Below, one piece after another: positions 28,348 through 39,858 of a DNA stretch of 64,000 nt (within the stretch, counting starts at the first letter, position 1; every line of letters begins with the position of its first letter). Origin of the DNA: Dongiaceae bacterium (GTDB lineage Bacteria > Pseudomonadota > Alphaproteobacteria > SHNJ01); the NCBI GenBank assembly GCA_050182275.1, contig JBFXCK010000001.1, positions 128,096 to 192,095 of the forward strand, in the 5' to 3' direction. The translations under genes and the position numbers were made by a program. The notes beneath the pieces were generated by a model. The model worked only from the letters and a program-made list of their open reading frames with translations. It searched no databases and was not told the origin of the DNA.

Positions 28348-29867
28348 GCCGCGCCATACCGGTGCTGGAGATGCCGGGTAAAAGCATCGATGGTTAAATC
28401 TTTACCGGTGGCGCCCTTGATAATTTCCGCAGTGGTTTTGGAAGAGGCGTGGCGATGCACATTCTCCCGCAGCCACGCCACCAAGGGCGCGAAATTTCCT
28501 GTCGCCAAGCTGGGCTTAATTTCAGGGCTGGTTTTGCAGGCAGCTTGGAATAATTGCGCTGCTGTCATCGCTCCCAAGGTGTAGGTCGGAAAATAACCGA
28601 ACGAACCGCTGGGCCAATGGATATCTTGCCAGCAGCCTTCGGCGTCATGGTTGGGGCGGATGCCAAGCAATTCTTGCATGCCGCTATTAAAAGCTTCCGG
28701 CAAATCGGCAAGTTTTAATTCACCCGCCACCAGCATTCTTTCCAAACGGTAGCGCAGAATAATATGCAAGGGATAAGTGACTTCATCGGCCTCGGTGCGG
28801 ATAAGGGAGGGCCTAACTTGCGTATAGGCGCGGTAAATTTTATCGGCCTGCCATTGATCAGGATCGCCGCCAAAATATTCTTGTAATAGCGGCGTCAGGT
28901 AAGTCATGAATTCGCGGGAGCGGCAGGCCTGCATTTCCAATAACAGCGATTGGCTTTCATGCAGGGCCATGCCCCGCGCCTGGCCGATGGGCAGGCCCCG
29001 CCATTCAACGGGCAAACCCATTTCATAAAGCGCATGCCCGGTTTCATGCAGCAAGCCCATCAGGCTTTGCGCGAAATCATTTTCATTATAGCGGGTGGTG
29101 ATGCGCACATCATCGGCGGTGCCGCCGCAAAATGGATGCGTGCTGACATCAAGGCGGCCTTTATTGAAATCAAAGCCGGCCTCCGCCATCAGGCGCCGGC
29201 AAAGGGCTTGCTGTTTTTCAACGGGGAAGGGGCCTTTCGGTTTCGGGACGCTTTTTTGCTCGGCCAAAACTTGCGGCAAGAAATTGCGTAGGAATTCTTG
29301 CAGGCTGGCGAATAACGGATCAATAAAATTTTGCGCCATGCCGGGTTCATATAAATCCAGCAACGCATCGTAAGGGTTTTGGCCGCTGTCTTTGGCCAAG
29401 ATCGCCGCTTTTTCTTGGGTAAGGGAAAGCAGCTTTTCCATTTCCGGTAAAAAGGCTTTAAAATCTTTTTTCTCCCGCCCTTCGCGCCAGCTCATGGCGG
29501 CAATGGATGATTGCCGCGCTAAGTTGGCGGCAAGATCGGTTGGAATGGCGGCGCGGCTCCGCCATTGGCGGCGCATTTCAATTAAATTAGATTTTTGCCA
29601 AGCTTCGGCGGGCGCTGCTTTTTCCAGCCACTCAGAGGTTCGTTGATCGATGATAAGCTCATGCACAATATTTTCCAAGGCGGCCAATTGCTCGGCCCGG
29701 CTTTCGGCGCTGCCATGGGGCATCATGGTTTCCTGATCCCAGCCTAAAATGGCCGACGCCTCCTGCAGGCGGCCAATCGTGCGAAAGCGGTTTTCCAATT
29801 CTTGATAGGCGTTCATGGTTTTTTCATCCGGTAGATAATCAGCAATATCAAGGCTAGCCCATACCAT
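28344..29867 (-). CDS. M32 carboxypeptidase (Taq-type thermostable carboxypeptidase family).
   Basis: HEXXH region LLHETGHALYEMGLP and M32 family length (507 aa). 4-nt overlap with the M16 gene. Confidence 0.85.
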   Translation of the reverse strand: MVWASLDIADYLPDEKTMNAYQELENRFRTIGRLQEASAILGWDQETMMPHGSAESRAEQLAALENIVHELIIDQRTSEWLEKAAPAEAWQKSNLIEMRRQWRSRAAIPTDLAANLARQSSIAAMSWREGREKKDFKAFLPEMEKLLSLTQEKAAILAKDSGQNPYDALLDLYEPGMAQNFIDPLFASLQEFLRNFLPQVLAEQKSVPKPKGPFPVEKQQALCRRLMAEAGFDFNKGRLDVSTHPFCGGTADDVRITTRYNENDFAQSLMGLLHETGHALYEMGLPVEWRGLPIGQARGMALHESQSLLLEMQACRSREFMTYLTPLLQEYFGGDPDQWQADKIYRAYTQVRPSLIRTEADEVTYPLHIILRYRLERMLVAGELKLADLPEAFNSGMQELLGIRPNHDAEGCWQDIHWPSGSFGYFPTYTLGAMTAAQLFQAACKTSPEIKPSLATGNFAPLVAWLRENVHRHASSKTTAEIIKGATGKDLTIDAFTRHLQHRYGAA

Positions 29868-30454
29868 GTAAAGGCATAAGAGAGGTGGTTATTCGGAATG
29901 GCTAAAGGCATGTCTGCGCCTTGGGGATAAGGGGCAGCCCAAGTCTTTTTAGCGGCGATATAAAAGGGCGCAGAAATCGAATAATAAATGTTTTTTTCCG
30001 GCTGATTGGGCGGGGTAAACCAATTTGGCTTCGGCGGAAGGCGGATAATCCCCTCGATTTCGTCAAGCGCGGGAATTTCGGTGGGAGAAGGACCAAAGCC
30101 TAAATAAACCAGCACCATTTTACCTTGGGTTGCGAACATTCTTCCATAACCCTGGCCCATCTCGCCCATTTTGGCTTTGCCGGGGAAGTGTAAGACGGGG
30201 CCGGTAAAATGCCCCCGCATTTTTATAGGTGTGAATTCTTTGATATTTTGAATTTCATTTAAATCGCGGGGCGGCAGGTTTTGGCGTTCGGCGATTTGCG
30301 ATAATAGATCGGTTTTCCATTGCAAGCGCTGTACTTGCCAACTGCCAAGCAAAATTAAAATAATAAAAGCCGGCCAGAAAAAATAGCGGAAATTTGCGGG
30401 TAAACTGGCTATTGGCCGCCCCACCAATAGATCGAGACAAATAAGAACAGCCAC
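29813..30454 (-). CDS. SURF1 family cytochrome oxidase assembly protein.
   Basis: N-terminal FRYFFWPAFIILILLGSWQVQRLQWK, as in typical SURF1 proteins. Probably uses a GTG start. Confidence 0.8.
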   Translation of the reverse strand: MAVLICLDLLVGRPIASLPANFRYFFWPAFIILILLGSWQVQRLQWKTDLLSQIAERQNLPPRDLNEIQNIKEFTPIKMRGHFTGPVLHFPGKAKMGEMGQGYGRMFATQGKMVLVYLGFGPSPTEIPALDEIEGIIRLPPKPNWFTPPNQPEKNIYYSISAPFYIAAKKTWAAPYPQGADMPLAIPNNHLSYAFTWYGLALILLIIYRMKKP

Positions 30455-31221
30455 ACTACGTCAACAAAATGCCAATACCAAGCGGCAGCCTCAAATCCGA
30501 AATGCTGTTCCGGCGTAAAATCGCCGCGTTTGGCGCGCCATAAACATACGGCCAAGAAGATGGTGCCGACAATCACATGAAAGCCGTGAAAACCAGTCGC
30601 CATAAAGAAGGTCGAAGGATAAATCCCGCCGGTGAATTTAAACGGCGCATGGATATATTCAAAAGCTTGCAGCGCGGTGAAACATAAACCTAAAAACACC
30701 GTTATCGCTAACCCTTGCACCAGGCCTTTGCGGTCATTTTCCAGGAGGGCGTGATGGGCCCAGGTGACGGTCGTGCCTGAAAGCAGCAAAATCAAGGTAT
30801 TGAGCAAGGGAATATCGAAAGGATCGAAGGGCACGATATCTTTGGGCGGCCACATACCGCCGGTGGCGGGAGTCGGGTAAAAGGCAGCATTGAAAAAAGC
30901 CCAGAAGAAAGCGGCAAAGAACGCTACTTCCGACATAATGAACAGCGCCATGCCATAACGGTGATGCAATTGGACGATTGGCGTATGATGGCCTTCTTCC
31001 TGCGCTTCACGGATAATATCACGCCACCATACTGCCATAACGGTCAATACGCCGGCTAATCCCAGCAACACCCCTTTTAAACCGAAGGTAAAAGAACCAA
31101 GCTTAACATCATGCATGAACAGCAAGGCGCCAACCGCCATTAAGCCAGCAGCAAAAGCGCCAATGATGGGCCAGGGAGAAGGATTAACCAAATGAAATTC
31201 GTGTTTTTGATCGTGGGCCAT
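30409..31221 (-). CDS. coxC: Cytochrome c oxidase subunit III.
   Basis: Seven-helix subunit III with HH motifs (e.g. ATGFHGFHVIVGTIFL). Confidence 0.95.
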   Translation of the reverse strand: MAHDQKHEFHLVNPSPWPIIGAFAAGLMAVGALLFMHDVKLGSFTFGLKGVLLGLAGVLTVMAVWWRDIIREAQEEGHHTPIVQLHHRYGMALFIMSEVAFFAAFFWAFFNAAFYPTPATGGMWPPKDIVPFDPFDIPLLNTLILLLSGTTVTWAHHALLENDRKGLVQGLAITVFLGLCFTALQAFEYIHAPFKFTGGIYPSTFFMATGFHGFHVIVGTIFLAVCLWRAKRGDFTPEQHFGFEAAAWYWHFVDVVWLFLFVSIYWWGGQ

Positions 31222-31249
31222 GAAAAATCTCTTTTATATGATGGAAGGG

Positions 31250-31828
31250 CTATTTTAGGGCGAGAGGGGCCGGTTTGGCAATCGTTTGCTCCTTCGCCGG
31301 GAAAAAAGTGTAGGAAAGCGTAATGGTATCGACATCATTCATTAAGCGATTGCCGGCAATCGCGGGGTCAATGAAGAAAATCACCGGAAATTCCTGGGCT
31401 TGTCCTGCCTCCAGACGGTGTTTTTCAAAGCAAAAACATTGGACTTTTTGAAAATAGATCCCGGCCTTTTCCGGCGTTACATTATAGGCCGAGGTGCCAA
31501 TGGCCGCTTCTAAGCCGTTGTTGCGGGCGGTGAAAGCAATGTGGCCGGCCTCGCCTACTTTGATTTTAATTTCCCGCTGATGGGGCTGAAACGTCCAAGG
31601 TAAATTCGGGTCGACATCGGTATTAAAGCGCACCGTTATCATCCGCTCTAAGCTTTTGGCGGGTAAAGCGGCGCTGCGCTGCGGAGTGCCATCAAAGCCA
31701 GTCAGTTGGCAAAACATCCGGTATAGGGGGACAGAAGCAAAACTCAGCCCGATCATGCACACCACCACTACCGCTAAAATAGCGGCGGTTTTTTGAGGGG
31801 GCGGAAAATTTTTCCATTTCATGACCAT
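31250..31828 (-). CDS. ctaG: Cytochrome c oxidase assembly protein CtaG/Cox11 (copper delivery).
   Basis: Single transmembrane segment followed by the Cox11 fold with a CFCF motif (KVQCFCFEKHRLEAG). Confidence 0.9.
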   Translation of the reverse strand: MVMKWKNFPPPQKTAAILAVVVVCMIGLSFASVPLYRMFCQLTGFDGTPQRSAALPAKSLERMITVRFNTDVDPNLPWTFQPHQREIKIKVGEAGHIAFTARNNGLEAAIGTSAYNVTPEKAGIYFQKVQCFCFEKHRLEAGQAQEFPVIFFIDPAIAGNRLMNDVDTITLSYTFFPAKEQTIAKPAPLALK

Positions 31829-31929
31829 ATTCCCATGCGCACCAGGCTGATGAAATAAATCAATAGTACAAAAGCCAATAGTAAAATTAAGAAGGCCAAA
31901 TTTTTTTTCCGGCGCGGGGTTAAGGGCAT
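31819..31929 (-). CDS. Small 35-aa membrane peptide between ctaB and ctaG (coxF-like). It is below the length cut-off of the ORF track.
   Basis: Hand translation of the minus strand gives MPLTPRRKKNLAFLILLLAFVLLIYFISLVRMGIWS. It starts 2 nt after the ctaB stop and overlaps the ctaG start, where bradyrhizobial coxBAEFGC operons carry the small coxF gene. Confidence 0.4.
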   Translation of the reverse strand: MPLTPRRKKNLAFLILLLAFVLLIYFISLVRMGIWS

Positions 31930-31930
31930 T

Positions 31931-32821
31931 TTATCCTAACCGGTCGACAATCAACGCGCCAAAAATCAAAAATAAATACAGCACCGAATAGCCGAATAAA
32001 TGGCGTGCGGCTTGGTTATTGTCTTGATGGTGCAATTTCAGGGCGAAAATGAAAAACAGCCCGCTAAATAAGAAGGCGGCGGCGGCATAGAAATTTCCAG
32101 CGGCATTTAAATACCAAGGCAGAAGGCTGACAGGAATAAGGGCTGCGCAATATAAGATGATTTGCTTAATGGTGGTTTTGCGTCCCGCGATGACAGGCAA
32201 CATCGGGATGCCGGCCTTTTCATAATCGCTGTTGCGAAATAAGGCCAGCGCCCAAAAATGCGGCGGTGTCCATAAAAAGATTATCAAAAATAAACTAAAA
32301 CTGGCCCAATCGATTTGATTGTTGACGGCAGCCCAACCGATTAGGGGCGGAAAAGCGCCGGCGGCGCCACCGATGACAATATTCTGCGGAGTTCTGGGTT
32401 TTAGCCAAATTGTATAAACGAAGACATAGAATAAAATCGCGGCTGCCAGCAAAGACGCCGCTAACCAATTAAGGGCTAAACCCATTAGAGCTACGGAGGC
32501 GCACGCTAAGCCAACGCCGAACGCTAAGGCGTTTTCCGGTAATATCCGCCCTTGCGGCAGCGGGCGGTTTTGGGTGCGGGTCATTTTGGCGTCAATGCCG
32601 CGCTCGATCCACATATTGATCGCGCCAGCCGCGCCCGAGCCAACCGCAATGCATAAAATCGCGGTAAAAGCCAAAACCGGATGCAAATGGCCGGGCGCTG
32701 CGATCAGCCCAGCCAGCCCGGTAAATACCACTAACGACATGACACGGGGTTTCAGCAGCGTCCAATAGTCGCGCAGCTCCGTATCGCATAAGGCGGATAG
32801 AGGTAAAGTTTGCGCCGTCAT
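31931..32821 (-). CDS. ctaB: Protoheme IX farnesyltransferase (heme O synthase).
   Basis: UbiA-fold prenyltransferase with heme O synthase motifs (NMWIERGIDAKMTRTQNRPLP). Confidence 0.95.
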   Translation of the reverse strand: MTAQTLPLSALCDTELRDYWTLLKPRVMSLVVFTGLAGLIAAPGHLHPVLAFTAILCIAVGSGAAGAINMWIERGIDAKMTRTQNRPLPQGRILPENALAFGVGLACASVALMGLALNWLAASLLAAAILFYVFVYTIWLKPRTPQNIVIGGAAGAFPPLIGWAAVNNQIDWASFSLFLIIFLWTPPHFWALALFRNSDYEKAGIPMLPVIAGRKTTIKQIILYCAALIPVSLLPWYLNAAGNFYAAAAFLFSGLFFIFALKLHHQDNNQAARHLFGYSVLYLFLIFGALIVDRLG

Positions 32822-32829
32822 TTTACCCT

Positions 32830-35273
<2,444 letters not shown>

Positions 35274-35288
35274 TTTTCAACCTTTAAA

Positions 35289-35305
35289 GTTATGGCACGG
35301 CCATA
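35289..35305. promoter_or_regulatory. Perfect 7-3-7 inverted repeat TTATGGC-ACG-GCCATAA in the coxB 5' leader.
   Basis: The repeat lies 16–32 nt upstream of the coxB start codon. It is a candidate operator or 5'-UTR hairpin. Confidence 0.25.
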
Positions 35306-35430
35306 AAATAGAGCGCTTTTCTTCAAAGGGAAAGGCCGATTTAAGGCTGCAGGGAAAAAATATAAAATCTTGTTTACCTTTTGAAGATAAAATATAGATA
35401 AATCCATTGAATTCAGAGAAAGGATATAGA

Positions 35431-36864
35431 ATGTCGCTTTTACGGCAAAGTGATGAGGTTTTTTTCGCCAAAGCCGGGCTTTCGGCCGATAAAATTTCGT
35501 CCATCGTCCGGGAATCCCTGCATGGCGCCGATGATGGCGAGCTGTATTTGGAATACCGCTTGAGCGAAAGCTTAAGTTTTGACGATGGCCAATTAAAAGC
35601 GGCGGCCTATGATACTACCCAGGGTTTTGGCCTGCGCAGTGTGAAGGATGAGCTGGCCGCCTATGCGCATTCATCCGATTTAAGCGAAGAGGCGATCAAG
35701 CGCGCCGCCCAAACCGTGGCTGCCGTCAAAAAAGGCTATCAGGGAAATTGGAGCGAAGCGCCCATCGGCACTAACGCGCGCCTATATAAAGATACTAATC
35801 CCTTGGCGGCGCTGGAATTCGCCAAGAAAGTGGCGCTTTTACAGGAAATCGATGCTTACGCCAGGGCCCAAGATCCGCGCGTTAAGCAGGTATCGGCCGG
35901 TTTAAGCGGCGAATATCAGGTGGTGCAAATAATCCGTCCCGATGGCAGGCGCTATGCCGATATAAGGCCTCTCGTGCGCATTGCGGTGGCGGTGGTGGTT
36001 GCCGATCAAGGCAAAATGGAATCGGGCAGCTATGGCATGGGCGGGCGGCAGAATTATGAATTTTATATCGCGCCTGAGCGCTGGCGGTTGGCGGTTAAAG
36101 AAGCCTTGCGCCAAGCGCTGGTGAAATGGGAGGCAAAGCCGGCGCCCGCCGGTGAAATGCCGGTGGTCTTGGGCCCGGGCTGGCCCGGGATTTTGCTGCA
36201 TGAGGCCATCGGCCATGGATTCGAGGGCGATTTCATCCGTAAAAACACCAGCGTATTTTCCGGCCTGCAAGGGGAAATGATTGCGGCCGACGGCGTCACG
36301 GTGGTTGATGATGGCACCATTCCAGACCGCCGCGGTTCAATCACGATCGACGATGAGGGCACCCCCAGCCAGCGCAATGTTTTGGTCGAAAACGGCAAAT
36401 TGGTCGGATTTTTGCAAGACCGGCAAAGCGCCCGTCTTTTAGGCGTCCGCCCCACCGGCAATGGCAGGCGCGAAAGCTTTGCGCATTTGCCAATGCCGCG
36501 TATGACCAATACTTATATGCTAAGCGGCAAGCATGCGCCTGAAGAAGCTATACGGCAAGTTAAGAAAGGGTTGTATGCGCCCAACTTCGGCGGCGGGCAG
36601 GTTGATATCACCTCAGGCAAGTTCGTTTTTAGCGCAAGCGAAGCCTATATGATTGAAAATGGAAAAATTAGGCATCCCGTCAAGGGCGCAACGCTGGTCG
36701 GCAGCGGCAAGGATGCCCTAAAGCATATCAAGATGGTATGCAATGATTCCAAACTTGATGAAGGCATCGGCACTTGCGGCAAGGATGGTCAAAGCGTCCC
36801 GGTCGGAGTTGGCCAGCCGACATTATTGATCGAGGGAATCACGGTGGGCGGTACGGCGGCTTAA
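35431..36864 (+). CDS. tldD: Metalloprotease TldD.
   Basis: PmbA/TldD family with HEAIGH and GxC motifs. An internal ATG at 35431 is preceded by the RBS GAAAGGA; the ORF-track start is 35407. Confidence 0.9.
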   Translation: MSLLRQSDEVFFAKAGLSADKISSIVRESLHGADDGELYLEYRLSESLSFDDGQLKAAAYDTTQGFGLRSVKDELAAYAHSSDLSEEAIKRAAQTVAAVKKGYQGNWSEAPIGTNARLYKDTNPLAALEFAKKVALLQEIDAYARAQDPRVKQVSAGLSGEYQVVQIIRPDGRRYADIRPLVRIAVAVVVADQGKMESGSYGMGGRQNYEFYIAPERWRLAVKEALRQALVKWEAKPAPAGEMPVVLGPGWPGILLHEAIGHGFEGDFIRKNTSVFSGLQGEMIAADGVTVVDDGTIPDRRGSITIDDEGTPSQRNVLVENGKLVGFLQDRQSARLLGVRPTGNGRRESFAHLPMPRMTNTYMLSGKHAPEEAIRQVKKGLYAPNFGGGQVDITSGKFVFSASEAYMIENGKIRHPVKGATLVGSGKDALKHIKMVCNDSKLDEGIGTCGKDGQSVPVGVGQPTLLIEGITVGGTAA

Positions 36865-37583
36865 AAGGGTTTTAAGGCGCCATCCCCATACAAAGCCTGC
36901 CAAGCCGATAGGGCGGCGATTGCTGCGGTTTCGGCGCGTAAAAGGCGCGGGCCTAAATTGATGCGGGTGATAAAAGGAAGTTTTTTCCAAAGTTTTCTTT
37001 CTTCTTCGCTAAAGCCGCCCTCAGGGCCGATTAGAAAAGCGGTTTTTTGGGGAACCGGCGGCGGCAGGTCGCGCAAGGCTAATCCTTCGCCGCTTTCATC
37101 GCCGGTTAATAAAGCGCGGTCTGGCGGCCAGCTGTTTAAAACTTTTTCCAGCGGCAATAATTCGTTGATTGTTGGCACGCTTAAACGGCCACATTGTTCG
37201 GCGGCGGCGATTGCATTCGCTATCATTCGTTCTTGGTTGATGCGTTGGGTTTGGCTGAAATCGCTTAAGATGGGGAGAAAGCGCATGACGCCGATCTCGG
37301 TTGCTTTCTCAATTAAAAAATCGGTGGCTTCTTTTTTAAGCGGGGCGAACAGCAGCCACAAATCGGCTTCCGCCTGCGGCGAGCGAAGCTGTTTTAGGGG
37401 CAGGGCGGTTTTTCCTTGATAGACCGCCTCCCATTCACCGCTGCTAGCGTTAAATAAACGCACCGGGCTTTGGCCGGGCAGGCGTAAAACATGGCGCAAA
37501 TGGTGGCTTTGCGCCTCGGCCAGATTCACGGGCTGGTTGCTTTTTAAGCCCTCTGCTATATAAAGACGAGGAATATGAGGCAT
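36861..37583 (-). CDS. rsmE: 16S rRNA (uracil1498-N3)-methyltransferase.
   Basis: RsmE/YggJ family, 240 aa, including an FLIGPEGGFS-like motif (AFLIGPEGGFSEEE). Confidence 0.85.
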   Translation of the reverse strand: MPHIPRLYIAEGLKSNQPVNLAEAQSHHLRHVLRLPGQSPVRLFNASSGEWEAVYQGKTALPLKQLRSPQAEADLWLLFAPLKKEATDFLIEKATEIGVMRFLPILSDFSQTQRINQERMIANAIAAAEQCGRLSVPTINELLPLEKVLNSWPPDRALLTGDESGEGLALRDLPPPVPQKTAFLIGPEGGFSEEERKLWKKLPFITRINLGPRLLRAETAAIAALSAWQALYGDGALKPF

Positions 37584-38504
37584 TTTACTATGATCACCGC
37601 CACGAAAGAATCGCCTATTTTGCTACAGCTAAAGGCCAAAATAAAGGCTTTTAGCCAGTTGATCCGGTTGCCGCGGCAAATCGGCACGTGGCTGTTGCTG
37701 ATTCCCTGCTGGTGGGGGGTTTTATTGGCCTTCGCGCAAAACCCAAGCGCCTATAGTTTGGAATTGGTTGGAAAATATATGGCGCTGTTCGCCATCGGCG
37801 CTTTTTTGATGCGCAGCTCCGGCTGCGCTTTCAATGATTGGGTGGATAGGGATTTAGACGGCAAAGTCGAACGCACGCAAAACCGGCCTTTAGCCGCCCG
37901 CGCTTTAAGCAGCGGGGAAGCGTGGGGGGCGATGGCGGTCTTGGCGGCTTTGGCTTTGATTATATTGCTGCAATTTAACCCCTTTACTATAGCGCTTGGA
38001 ATTTTATCGCTGCCTTTGGTTTTTATTTACCCTTTCATGAAAAGAATCAGCTGGTGGCCGCAGGCCTTCTTAGGTTTAGCGTTCAATTGGGGCGCATTAA
38101 TGGGCTATGCCGCTTTAACCGGCGAGTTAAGCGCGCCAACATTGCCGCTCTATGCCGCCGGAATCGCCTGGACATTAGGCTATGACACCATTTACGCGCA
38201 TCAAGATAAGAAAGATGATTTGCTAATCGGCATCCGTTCCAGCGCTTTGCGCCTTGGCGCACGCACCAAACCATTTCTGTTTTTGATTTATAGTTTGGTG
38301 ATTGTATTATTAGCAGCGGTTTTTTACTTAAGCGGTTTTTCGCCCCTGGCCTATCTTGGTTTATTGCCGGCCGCCGCGCATTTCTGGCGGCAGGCGCGGC
38401 AAATCGACATCGAAAACCCCGCTTCTTGCGCTAAGTTTTTTTCCACCAACCGCGAGGCGGGGCTTTTAATCGCCGCCGCCATCGCCTTTGCGCCTTTGTG
38501 GTAG
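37575..38504 (+). CDS. ubiA: 4-hydroxybenzoate polyprenyltransferase.
   Basis: UbiA motifs NDWVDRDLDGKVERTQNRPLA and YDTIYAHQDKKDD. Confidence 0.9.
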   Translation: MRHFTMITATKESPILLQLKAKIKAFSQLIRLPRQIGTWLLLIPCWWGVLLAFAQNPSAYSLELVGKYMALFAIGAFLMRSSGCAFNDWVDRDLDGKVERTQNRPLAARALSSGEAWGAMAVLAALALIILLQFNPFTIALGILSLPLVFIYPFMKRISWWPQAFLGLAFNWGALMGYAALTGELSAPTLPLYAAGIAWTLGYDTIYAHQDKKDDLLIGIRSSALRLGARTKPFLFLIYSLVIVLLAAVFYLSGFSPLAYLGLLPAAAHFWRQARQIDIENPASCAKFFSTNREAGLLIAAAIAFAPLW

Positions 38505-38514
38505 AGAACGCATA

Positions 38515-39855
38515 ATGACCAGCGTCGACTTTCTCAGCCAACTCGAAAAAATTTTACAGCAAGCTAAAGCCAAGGGCGCCGATGCCGCCGACATTTTATT
38601 TATTAAAGGCCGTCACTTAAGCGTTGATGTCCGCCGTCAGGAATTAGATCGTGTGGAAAACGCCGAAAGCCAGGATTTGGGCTTGCGCTTATTTATCGGC
38701 CGCCGGCAAGCGATTGTGTCCACCCACGATTTATCGCAAGGCGCTATCATCGCGCTGGTTGACCGCGGTATCGCCATGGCCAGGGCCGCGCCGGCCGATC
38801 CCTTTGCGGGGCTGGCTGAAAACAATCAGTTAAGCCGCAAGGAGCCGGTGTTAGATTTATATGACGCCACGGAAGTCGATTTAGCCACGCTGGAAGCAGA
38901 GGCAAAAGAGGCCGAAGCCGCCGCTTTAAGTTTTCCTGGCGTCACCAATTCCGATAGCGCCAGCGCCTCTTTTGGGCAAAGCCATCTGACATTGATCAGC
39001 AGCGAAGGGTTCACGGCGCAATATTCCACTTCCTATCACGGGCTTTCGGTTTCGGCGGTGGCGGGTGAGGGGGTTGAAATGGAGCGTGATTACGATTCCA
39101 CCTCCTCGATTCACCGCCAAGATTTGGAAAAGGCGACGATGGTGGGCCGACGCGCGGCGGAAAAAGCCGTCAAGCGCTTGAAGCCCCGCAAAGTATCAAG
39201 CCAAATAGTGCCGGTTGTGTTTGATCCGCGCATTGCCAATAGCTGGGTGCGCTATTTGCTGCAGGCAATTAATGGCGCGGCGATCGCACGCGGGACATCT
39301 TTTTTGAAAGATAAAATGGGGAAAAATATTTTTAATTCCGCTATTCACATTCACGATGATCCGCATCGTAAACGCGGTTTACGCTCCCGCCCCGTCGATG
39401 CCGAAGGAATCGCCACCACGCCGCTGGCTTTAGTGCAAGATGGCATATTGCAAAGTTGGCTGCTTGATTTGCGCACGGCGCGGCAATTGAAATTATCCTC
39501 AACCGGCCATGCGGTGCGCGGAGTCGCCAGCCCGCCCAGCCCCTCAGCCAGCAATGCATATATGGCGGCGGGAAAAATGACGCCTGCTGAATTGATCGCT
39601 GACATCGAGGCAGGTTTTTATGTAACCGATACAATGGGCGGCGGGGTCAATTTGGTCACCGGCGATTACAGCCAGGGCGCCAGCGGTTTTTGGATTGAAA
39701 AGGGCCAAATCGCCTATCCGGTCAGTGAAGTAACGATCGCCGGCCATTTAAATGACATATTTAAAGACTTAACACCTGCCAACGACCTTGTTTTCCGCTA
39801 TGGTATCGATGCGCCGACTTTGCGCGCCGCCGCCATGACGGTGGCCGGCCAATAA
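38515..39855 (+). CDS. pmbA: Metalloprotease PmbA/TldE.
   Basis: PmbA/TldD family and the partner of tldD. The likely start is the MTSVDFLSQ methionine at 38515, just after the ubiA stop. Confidence 0.85.
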   Translation: MTSVDFLSQLEKILQQAKAKGADAADILFIKGRHLSVDVRRQELDRVENAESQDLGLRLFIGRRQAIVSTHDLSQGAIIALVDRGIAMARAAPADPFAGLAENNQLSRKEPVLDLYDATEVDLATLEAEAKEAEAAALSFPGVTNSDSASASFGQSHLTLISSEGFTAQYSTSYHGLSVSAVAGEGVEMERDYDSTSSIHRQDLEKATMVGRRAAEKAVKRLKPRKVSSQIVPVVFDPRIANSWVRYLLQAINGAAIARGTSFLKDKMGKNIFNSAIHIHDDPHRKRGLRSRPVDAEGIATTPLALVQDGILQSWLLDLRTARQLKLSSTGHAVRGVASPPSPSASNAYMAAGKMTPAELIADIEAGFYVTDTMGGGVNLVTGDYSQGASGFWIEKGQIAYPVSEVTIAGHLNDIFKDLTPANDLVFRYGIDAPTLRAAAMTVAGQ

Positions 39856-39858
39856 AGG

